Shown: positions 31,382 through 37,356 of the stretch, in pieces
How the letters are laid out: every line of letters begins with the position of its first letter
Position numbering within the stretch: the first letter of the stretch is position 1
IMG/VR virus record: IMGVR_UViG_3300022756_000003
DNA length: 38,492 bases
Direction: 5' to 3' (one strand)
Source: a virus
Notes under the pieces: generated by a model
The model's database searches: none
The model's input: only the letters and a program-made list of their open reading frames with translations
Told to the model about the DNA's origin: nothing
Made by a program: the position numbers and the translations under genes

Positions 31382-33249
31382 GCGGCGTGCAGGAGAAGCC
31401 CGCCGCCGGGGGCCACCGCCAGGTAGACGGCGGGCGGGACGGACGTACGCGCCAGTGGGAACGACCAGACCTGGTCGTGTCCGCTCGTGCCCACGGCGGC
31501 CAGCAGGGCGCGCACCGCCTCCGGCACCGCCGGCGGGAACCCCACCTCCACCCGGTCGCCCGTCCCCAGCCAGGGCCGGTCCGGGTCGGCCCGGTTCGCC
31601 GGGTGCACCACCGCCCGGGGCCGGAACAGGGCCACCGCCTGGCGGAAGAGCCGGGGCGCCGCGTCCGGCGCCGCGAGCAGGTCGACCAGCTGCCCCGCCT
31701 GGGCCGCGAACCCGCGCACGTTGGCCAGCACCTCGTCCACCTCGGCCAGCCGGGCCTCCGCCGTCCGCAGGTCGGCCAGCAGGCCGTCGCGGTGGCGCCC
31801 CTTCTCGTCCAGCTTGCGGGCGAGCACGTCGCGGCCGTAGCCGGCGGGCGTGACCGCGATCTGCTCCGCGAGGTTGTCCGCCTCGCCCTCGAGGTCGGCC
31901 AGCGTGGCCCGGATGGCCTCCCGCTCCGCCCCGGCCCGGAGCCGGTCGGCCTCCGAGACGCCCCCGGCCTCGCGGTACTCCCGCAGCAGCCGCTCCACCT
32001 CCGCCGGTTGGTTGAGGACGCCGAGCAGGGCCAGGAAGACCTCGCGCTCGAGCGCCTCCCGGCCGATGCTCACCGGGTGGGCGCAGACCCGCTCCCCGTA
32101 GCGGTTGGCCTTGCAGTCGTAGCGGGGCGTGCGCCGCCGCTGCCCCGTCTCCGGGTCGGGCTGGCCCCACCGGGCGTAGTGGGCCCGCAGCTCGCCCCCG
32201 CACAGCCCGCAGACCGCGTAGCCGCCGAGGAGCTGCCAGTCGCTCTGGGGCGCTCCTCCCGCACGCCGCGTGCCCCGGTGCGCCGCCTGCCGCGCCGCGT
32301 TGGCGTCCAGCGCCGCCTGCGCCGCGTCGAACTCCTCCGGGGTCACGGGCGGGCGGCCCTCGGGGGCGCGCAGGTCGGGGCCGGCGCCCGCCGGGGTGAG
32401 CACCTGCTTGCGCACCCGGCGCCCGAGGCGCTGCTCCACGTCGTTGCGGTAGCGCAGGCCCTTGGGCTCGCCGCAGTACAGCGGGTTGCGGAGCAGCAGG
32501 CTGAGGCTGCGCTGGTACCAGACGGCGCCGCCCATGGGGGCGGGCACCCGCCGGCGGGTGAGGGCGCTGGTCACCGCGTTCTGGCCCTGCCCGGCGATGA
32601 CGTCCAGGAAGGCGGAGCGGAGCACCTGCCACTCGCCGTGCTCCGGCGGGAGGAAGCGGTAGTGGGTGTGGGCGTCGTCGGCCCAGACGGTGCCGTAGGG
32701 CGTCTTCGGGCCGTGCAGGGTGCGCCCCGCGTCCAGGCGGGCCCGCTTGTTGCGGCTGAACTGCTCCTTCAGGCTCTCGATGCGCAGCGTGTTGAACTCC
32801 ACCATCACGGTCTTGCCGATGCGCCCGATGGGGTTGTCTTCGAACGCCTGCTGCACGAACGCCAGGCGGGCGCCGTACCGCTCGAGGAGGTGCTCCAGGG
32901 CGCCCACCTGGGTGCTGGTGCCCCCCAGGCGCTCCGTCTTCAGGCAGAGCACGACGCCGACCGCGCCGGCCACGACGGCGTCCCGCAGGCGCGCCAGCTC
33001 GGGGCGCTCCCAGAACGCCTGGGAGGAGTAGATCTCGCGGTAGACCGCGGCGATGAACCAGCCGGGCCGGGCCGCGGCGTAGGCCCGGCCCTCCTGCTCC
33101 TGGGTGTCGAGGCTGCGCTTGACGTCGCGCTCGCGGTCGTCCTTGTTCCGCTTCACCCGGACGGGGCGCCCGTCCGGCCCGACGTCGAAGTCCTGGTCGG
33201 GGGAGGACACCCGCAGGTAGAGGTGGACGGGGACGGGCTCAGCGGCCAT
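31378..33249 (-). CDS. Large serine recombinase (integrase)
   Basis: 623 aa. Resolvase-type catalytic N-terminus VHLYLRVSSPDQ, recombinase domain, Cys cluster CGLCGGEL…RYDCK…VCAHP, then a long coiled-coil segment. Confidence 0.95.
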   Translation of the reverse strand: MAAEPVPVHLYLRVSSPDQDFDVGPDGRPVRVKRNKDDRERDVKRSLDTQEQEGRAYAAARPGWFIAAVYREIYSSQAFWERPELARLRDAVVAGAVGVVLCLKTERLGGTSTQVGALEHLLERYGARLAFVQQAFEDNPIGRIGKTVMVEFNTLRIESLKEQFSRNKRARLDAGRTLHGPKTPYGTVWADDAHTHYRFLPPEHGEWQVLRSAFLDVIAGQGQNAVTSALTRRRVPAPMGGAVWYQRSLSLLLRNPLYCGEPKGLRYRNDVEQRLGRRVRKQVLTPAGAGPDLRAPEGRPPVTPEEFDAAQAALDANAARQAAHRGTRRAGGAPQSDWQLLGGYAVCGLCGGELRAHYARWGQPDPETGQRRRTPRYDCKANRYGERVCAHPVSIGREALEREVFLALLGVLNQPAEVERLLREYREAGGVSEADRLRAGAEREAIRATLADLEGEADNLAEQIAVTPAGYGRDVLARKLDEKGRHRDGLLADLRTAEARLAEVDEVLANVRGFAAQAGQLVDLLAAPDAAPRLFRQAVALFRPRAVVHPANRADPDRPWLGTGDRVEVGFPPAVPEAVRALLAAVGTSGHDQVWSFPLARTSVPPAVYLAVAPGGGLLLHAA

Positions 33250-33451
33250 CGTCGCTCTTCGGCTGGCGGGCCTTGGTCTGCCGGATGTAGCGCTCGAGGG
33301 CCACGACCACCAGGCGGTTCAGCGAGCTGCGTTGCTCGCGGGCGAGTTCGACCGCTTGGGCGTGGATGTCCTGCGGCAGGCGGGTGGTCACGCTCACGAA
33401 GGCGTCTCTTGTCACGGCGTCAGTGTAGTTGCGGTGCGGTTGTGGTGTCAT
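33239..33451 (-). CDS. Ribbon-helix-helix (CopG/Arc-like) protein upstream of the integrase
   Basis: 70 aa. FVSVTTRLPQDIHAQAVELAREQRSSLNRLVVVALERYI is a typical RHH beta-alpha-alpha. It overlaps the integrase start by 11 nt. Confidence 0.85.
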   Translation of the reverse strand: MTPQPHRNYTDAVTRDAFVSVTTRLPQDIHAQAVELAREQRSSLNRLVVVALERYIRQTKARQPKSDDGR

Positions 33452-33559
33452 GCCAGATGCCTACTATGGTGCTTTTTTCACACTGCTGACAGTAGCACAA
33501 TGATACCATCTGAGTGCCGGCGGGGATGACCCCGCCGCACTGCAGAAAGGGACACCGCC

Positions 33560-33871
33560 ATCATCCGCACGCTCCGCACCCTCGCCCTCGGCCTCACGGG
33601 GGCCGCCCTCGCCGGCGTGGTCGCGCTCACCGGGAGCGCGACGGCCGTCCACGCCGACAGCTACGTGGGCGGGTACACCCGCTCCAACGGTACCTACGTC
33701 GCCCCGCACTACCGCTCCAGCCCCAACGGCACCACCTCCGACAACTGGAGCGCCTCGGGTAACTACAACCCGTACACCGGCGTGCAGGGCTCGAAGTCGT
33801 ACGACCCGGCGTATCCCAGCTACAGCGGCTCGAGCGGGTACGGCGGGTACGGCTCGTCGTCCTGGCGTTAG
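33560..33871 (+). CDS. Secreted Tyr/Ser/Gly-rich small protein (moron candidate); start codon uncertain
   Basis: The frame is open from 33530. IIRTLRTLALGLTGAALAGVVALTGSATAVHA|DSYVGGYTRSNGTYVAPHYRSSPNGTTSDNWSASGNYNPYTG… forms a complete Sec-type signal peptide only if initiation is at ATC 33560/33563, 7 nt after AAAGGGA. The first canonical start (GTG 33617) truncates it. Confidence 0.65.
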   Translation: MIRTLRTLALGLTGAALAGVVALTGSATAVHADSYVGGYTRSNGTYVAPHYRSSPNGTTSDNWSASGNYNPYTGVQGSKSYDPAYPSYSGSSGYGGYGSSSWR

Positions 33872-33898
33872 CCGCTTCTCCCACCCCGCCGCGCCCCC

Positions 33899-33940
33899 CA
33901 ACCACCCCCTGGCGAAGACGCCAGGGGGTGGTTGCTTTTT
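33899..33940 (+). terminator. Rho-independent terminator
   Basis: Perfect 16-bp stem CAACCACCCCCTGGCG-aaga-CGCCAGGGGGTGGTTG followed by CTTTTTCTCC, 28 nt after stop 33871. Confidence 0.9.
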
Positions 33941-33993
33941 CTCCACCTCTGGGGAATAGCGTCATAGTGGTGGTAAACAGCTACCAGATGGTG

Positions 33994-33999
33994 TATACT
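33994..33999 (+). promoter_or_regulatory. Candidate -10 hexamer TATACT, 6 nt upstream of ATG 34006 (leaderless-type)
   Basis: ggtgTATACTctaatcATG, in a low-GC patch directly after the terminator. Confidence 0.4.
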
Positions 34000-34005
34000 C
34001 TAATC

Positions 34006-34146
34006 ATGAAGAACGAGGGCGGGGCGGGGGTAGCGTGCCGGCTGGTGCTGCCGGACGGGCGCGTGGTGGAATGGGTGATGGATGGCCCCTTGGTGGCCAT
34101 GCCCGTCAAGGCGACGAAGAAGGGGGGGCGGCGCGATGGCCGCTGA
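34006..34146 (+). CDS. Hypothetical small protein (46 aa)
   Basis: MKNEGGAGVACRLVLPDGRVVEWVMDGPLVAMPVKATKKGGRRDGR. First ORF after the promoter-like patch. It overlaps the next ATG by 11 nt. Confidence 0.55.
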   Translation: MKNEGGAGVACRLVLPDGRVVEWVMDGPLVAMPVKATKKGGRRDGR

Positions 34147-34873
34147 GGTGGTGGACGCCCCGGTGTTCGGGGAGCTGGCGATCCCGCGGGAGTACACCAT
34201 CACCCAGCAGGGCCGGGAGTACATCCTGAGCGACGGCCTGCTCGTGGGGCTGGTGCAACTCTCCCGGGGGTTCTACGACCTGGCCACGGAGGTCGTGCAG
34301 CTGCCCACGGCGGAGAACGCCCAGACGGCGGTCTGCACGGCCAAGGTCACGGTGTTCGAGCCGGAGACGGGGCGCGTCCTGCGCACGGCCACGGGCATCG
34401 GGGACGCCAGCCCGGCGAACGTGGGGCGCATGGTCGCCATCCACGTGCTGCGGATGGCGGAGACGCGGGCCGTCGCCAGGGCACTGCGGCACCTGCTGGG
34501 CGTTGGGCTCACCGCGCTCGAGGAATTGGGCCAGGGCGGGGCGGAACCGGCCGCGGACGAGCGCACCCCCACCGCTGCACCGAAAACGCGCCCTGAGCCA
34601 TCCTGGGGCCAGCCGGCGCCTTCTCCCGCACCCGCGGAGAGCATCCAGGTCGACGGGCGGGCGTTCTCGCGGGCCCAGGTGCTCGACGTCTACCACGCCC
34701 GGCTGCGGGAGGCGGACACGGCCGGGCTGGCGCTGGCGCCCATCGGGGAGCAGGGGGGCCCGCCGCCGGACGACGCCCCGCTGCTCGCCCTCGTCGGGTT
34801 CTCCCAGTCCATCAAGCGCCGGCTGGACGCCCGCTCCGGCGCCGTCCACGCCAACGGCTCGAGCGGAAAGTGA
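34136..34873 (+). CDS. Hypothetical protein; weak resemblance to Rad52/Sak-type single-strand annealing proteins
   Basis: 245 aa. …TATGIGDASPANVGRMVAIHVLRMAETRAVARALRHLLGVGLTALEELG recalls the A.(S/T)DA.KRA…G.G motif of Rad52-like annealases. A Pro/Ala linker and C-terminal domain follow. The function is tentative. Confidence 0.8.
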   Translation: MAAEVVDAPVFGELAIPREYTITQQGREYILSDGLLVGLVQLSRGFYDLATEVVQLPTAENAQTAVCTAKVTVFEPETGRVLRTATGIGDASPANVGRMVAIHVLRMAETRAVARALRHLLGVGLTALEELGQGGAEPAADERTPTAAPKTRPEPSWGQPAPSPAPAESIQVDGRAFSRAQVLDVYHARLREADTAGLALAPIGEQGGPPPDDAPLLALVGFSQSIKRRLDARSGAVHANGSSGK

Positions 34874-34879
34874 CGGACG

Positions 34880-35020
34880 GTGAAGGCCGACTGGAAGGTC
34901 TGGCTGCTGGTGGTCGGCTGGGCGGTGGCGGTGGGGTGCGCGTTCTGGCTGCTCGTGGCGGCCCCGTCGGCGGGGCGCGAGCGGGTGCGGCCCTTCCCGA
35001 CCACGGTGGGGGGCCGCTGA
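34880..35020 (+). CDS. Single-TM micro-protein (46 aa, not in the ORF track)
   Basis: GTG 34880. VKADWKVWLLVVGWAVAVGCAFWLLVAAPSAGRERVRPFPTTVGGR. The stop overlaps the next ATG (TGATG). Confidence 0.5.
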   Translation: MKADWKVWLLVVGWAVAVGCAFWLLVAAPSAGRERVRPFPTTVGGR

Positions 35021-35501
35021 TGCCGGTGGGACGGCCGCTCGACCCATGGGATCGCTTCTGGCGCCGCGTCGATCCGAACGGCCCCATCCCCGAAGCGTGC
35101 CCCGAGCTGGGGCCGTGCTGGCTCTGGACGGGGAGCCTCAACCAGTTCGGGTATGGCACCTTCACCGTCGTCTTCAAGCCAAAGCGCCGGGCCACGCCAC
35201 CGCACCGCACCGCTGGCTCTACGAGCAGGTCAGCGGCGAGCCGATTGCGGAAGGCTACGAACCCGACCACCTGTGCCGCGTCCGCAACTGCGTCAACCCG
35301 GCGCACCTGGAGCCGGTGACCCGGCGCGAGAACGTCTTCCGCGGGATCGGTAACCCGACGGTGGAGAACGCCGGGAAGACCCACTGCCCCCAGGGGCACC
35401 CCTACGACGAGGCCAACACCTACCACCGCGCCTACGACCACTCCCGCCAGTGCCGCGCCTGCAACCGGGAACGGGCCAGGGCGTGGAAGCAGCGGCATTA
35501 A
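35020..35501 (+). pseudogene. HNH endonuclease gene interrupted by a frameshift at a (CACCG)3 repeat
   Basis: Frame 1: MPVGRPLDPWDRFWRRVDPNGPIPEACPELGPCWLWTGSLNQFGYGTFTVVFKPKRRATPPHR. Frame 3 from ~35208: HRWLYEQVSGEPIAEGYEPDHLCRVRNCVNPAHLEPVTRRENV…CPQGHPY…CRACNRER. Removing one CACCG unit joins them into one typical HNH_3-type ORF. Confidence 0.8.
35198..35212. repeat. Pentanucleotide tandem repeat (CACCG)x3
   Basis: Read directly: gccacgc-caccg-caccg-caccg-ctgg. Confidence 0.95.
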
Positions 35502-35506
35502 GTTGC
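35495..35506. repeat. 12-nt direct repeat GCATTAAGTTGC, copy 1
   Basis: Identical to 36341..36352. It is AT-rich for this genome and contains the stop codon of the broken HNH gene. Confidence 0.9.
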
Positions 35507-35545
35507 CTATCTTATTCCGCCTTAGCACACGAGAAACGCGGTTCC

Positions 35546-36082
35546 ATGCGCATTGCCTACGCCGACCCACCGTATCCCGGCTGCTCGAAGCTCTATCCGG
35601 AGAAAGAGGAGGTCGACCACGTCGCCCTGATCCGCCGGCTCAACGCCGACTATCCGGACGGCTGGGCGCTCTCGACCGGGTCGAAGCAGTTGCAGTACGT
35701 CCTGGCGCTCTGCCCGCCGGACGTGCGGGTCGCGGCCTGGTGCAAGACCTACGTGAGCCTCCAGCGGCCCGGCGCCGCCTACGCCTGGGAGCCGGTCATC
35801 TGGCGCGGGGGGCGCAAGCACCGAACGACGCCTCCGGTATTCGACTGGCTGCGCGGGATGCCGTCGATGACGAGGCACCAGGCCGGCTTCCCCGGCGCCA
35901 AGCCGGCCGACTTCTGCCACTGGCTCTTCGCGGTCATGGGGCTGATGGCGGACGACGAGCTGGTCGACCTGTACCCCGGCACCGGCGCCGTGACGCGGGC
36001 CTGGGAGACGTGGCGTCGGCAGACGGTGCTGCCGCTGGGTAAGCGGCCACGCCTCCAGCCGAAGCTGCTTGACGCAAGTTAA
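35546..36082 (+). CDS. DNA methyltransferase, DPPY type (probable N6-adenine; motif IV before motif I)
   Basis: 178 aa from ATG 35546. MRIAYADPPYPG near the N-terminus and ELVDLYPGTGAVTRA (F.G.G-like AdoMet motif) near the C-terminus. Confidence 0.85.
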   Translation: MRIAYADPPYPGCSKLYPEKEEVDHVALIRRLNADYPDGWALSTGSKQLQYVLALCPPDVRVAAWCKTYVSLQRPGAAYAWEPVIWRGGRKHRTTPPVFDWLRGMPSMTRHQAGFPGAKPADFCHWLFAVMGLMADDELVDLYPGTGAVTRAWETWRRQTVLPLGKRPRLQPKLLDAS

Positions 36083-36156
36083 CTCGCAATAGGTTCGGGA
36101 CGATCTGGTGAGAGACGGTCGCCTACACCCGCTGCGCTCGCTGGCGCCGACACCGC

Positions 36157-36228
36157 AGCCCCCACCGGGACTCGAACCCGGAACCTCCGACTTCGCGCGC
36201 CGGTACTCTGCCATTGAGCTATGGGGGA
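36157..36228 (-). tRNA. tRNA-like gene; predicted anticodon GCG (Arg) in a non-canonical loop
   Basis: Minus strand: TCCCCCA-TA-GCTC-AATGGCA-GAGT-A-CCGGC-GCGCGAA-GTCGG-AGGTT-CCGGG-TTCGAGT-CCCGG-TGGGGGC-T. The D arm and T arm/loop are canonical. The anticodon loop has no U33, and positions 1:72 are a T:C mismatch. No CCA is encoded. Confidence 0.6.
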
Positions 36229-36338
36229 AGCGGGCGGCGCCTCCGAGCTGCGGCACCTTCGCCCCGTCGGCCGGGGCTCCCACATTCCACCGGGAGCGAC
36301 CCGGCGCCCTCGGCGACCGCCGCTCCAGTCTAGCGCGC

Positions 36339-36369
36339 GCGCATTAAGTTGCGCATCGTAACAGCGCAT
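36339..36369. promoter_or_regulatory. Three phased GCGCAT boxes
   Basis: GCGCAT at 36339, 36351 and 36364 (spacing 12 and 13 nt) in a low-GC intergenic patch: gcGCGCATtaagttGCGCATcgtaacaGCGCATaaactgcgtg. Confidence 0.4.
36341..36352. repeat. 12-nt direct repeat GCATTAAGTTGC, copy 2
   Basis: Identical to 35495..35506. Confidence 0.9.
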
Positions 36370-36422
36370 AAACTGCGTGAGCAGGGCGCCGGCGCTGTGG
36401 GTGGGATACACCACGGGTAGTT

Positions 36423-36448
36423 CCGCCCGAGCAACCCCGCTCGGGCGG
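36423..36448. promoter_or_regulatory. 10-bp perfect hairpin in the non-coding region
   Basis: CCGCCCGAGC-aacccc-GCTCGGGCGG, 75 nt downstream of the minus-strand gene ending at 36523. No U-tract. Confidence 0.4.
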
Positions 36449-36522
36449 CATCCCGCCGGGACACGCCAGCCCCCCGGACCTCCCACGCTCAAGGGTGGGT
36501 ATGCTGCGGCGCCGTCCCCAGT

Positions 36523-36813
36523 CTACCCGGGCGCGTCGTCCTCGGCGCGGTGGTGCTCGAGCACGGCGCGGGCGACGGTGGCCGCGGCGGACGGGCCCGG
36601 CCGGTAGATCAGCTCCGCGGCGTTTAAGCCCAAGGCGTAGCCGAGCACCCCGGTGCCCAATGCGTGGACCCAGAGCCCGAGGCTGTACGTGCCCGTCAGA
36701 AGTTCCCCCGCGAAGAGGAATAACCACCCGACCACGAAGACGAGCGCGACCGTCTCTCTGATGAGCCACACCGCGAACGATGCGTTTGGCGGTGGGGGGT
36801 TCACGTTACTCAC
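36523..36813 (-). CDS. Membrane protein (96 aa, 2-3 TM, charged C-terminus); second holin-like candidate
   Basis: GTG 36813. …FAVWLIRETVALVFVVGWLFLFAG…LGLWVHALGTGVLGYALGL…EHHRAEDDAPG. Confidence 0.75.
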   Translation of the reverse strand: MSNVNPPPPNASFAVWLIRETVALVFVVGWLFLFAGELLTGTYSLGLWVHALGTGVLGYALGLNAAELIYRPGPSAAATVARAVLEHHRAEDDAPG

Positions 36814-36820
36814 CGTTTGT

Positions 36821-36826
36821 TATCAT
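36821..36826 (+). promoter_or_regulatory. Candidate -10 hexamer TATCAT, 10 nt upstream of ATG 36837
   Basis: ccgtttgtTATCATccagaacggcATG, in the 23-nt divergent gap. Confidence 0.35.
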
Positions 36827-36836
36827 CCAGAACGGC

Positions 36837-37286
36837 ATGACTAGTGGGAGAGCGGCGGCGAGGAAGACCCTGCGGACGTGCCACCAATGTGGCAGTACGT
36901 TCCTGGCGACCCTCTACGATGTCGCCCACGGGCGGGGGCTGTACTGCTCTCGGAAGTGCACCGCGCGGTCGCGGACGGGGGCACGAAACGCCGGATGGCG
37001 GGGCGGCGTGCGTCGGGCGCCCGACGGGCGGATCATCGCCCTGGTGCCGGACCACCCGCGGGCGAACAACAAGGGCTACGTCTTCCGCGCCATCCTGGTG
37101 ATGGAGCGGCTGCTTGGCCGGCATTTGCTGACGAACGAGCACGTCCACCATCTCAACGGGGTGGTAGACGACGACCGGCAGGAGAACCTCGCGGTGATGG
37201 AGGCGAGTGCGCACCTCCGCATGCATCGGCTTGCAAAGCCGAACCCCCGCGATCCCGTCACCGGGCGGTTCCTCGCCGCTCAGTAA
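36837..37286 (+). CDS. HNH endonuclease (HNH_3-type) with N-terminal Cys motif
   Basis: 149 aa from ATG 36837. CHQCGSTF…YCSRKC, then GYVFRAILVMERLLGRHLLTNEHVHHLNGVVDDDRQENLAVMEASAHLRMH. Confidence 0.9.
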   Translation: MTSGRAAARKTLRTCHQCGSTFLATLYDVAHGRGLYCSRKCTARSRTGARNAGWRGGVRRAPDGRIIALVPDHPRANNKGYVFRAILVMERLLGRHLLTNEHVHHLNGVVDDDRQENLAVMEASAHLRMHRLAKPNPRDPVTGRFLAAQ

Positions 37287-37356
37287 GCGTCCGCACCCAG
37301 CCTAGGGCGAAGCCCGCCGCCGCGCTGGCCAGCAGCACCATCACCGCCTGAGTCAC
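37258..37356 (-). CDS. Possible 32-aa single-TM micro-ORF
   Basis: GTG 37356 (GTGA overlap with the upstream stop). VTQAVMVLLASAAAGFALGWVRTLTERRGTAR. Weak RBS. It overlaps the convergent HNH 3' end by 29 nt. Confidence 0.3.
   Translation of the reverse strand: MTQAVMVLLASAAAGFALGWVRTLTERRGTAR

Noticed and set aside
31387-33489. 700-aa plus-strand ORF
   Set aside because: It is antisense to the large serine recombinase, which has unambiguous catalytic and zinc-ribbon motifs.
36157-36228. tRNA-like sequence as an attP core (integration into a host tRNA gene)
   Set aside because: The recombinase is a large serine integrase, which does not typically target tRNA 3' halves. The element is also a full cloverleaf 3 kb from int rather than a 3' fragment adjacent to it. 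The idea is kept only as a remote alternative.
36344-36769. ORFs 36344..36769 (-) and 36377..36607 (+) in the tRNA-adjacent region
   Set aside because: They have no coding-type codon-position bias below 36523, and their translations are R/G/P-rich. The region is treated as non-coding and structured.
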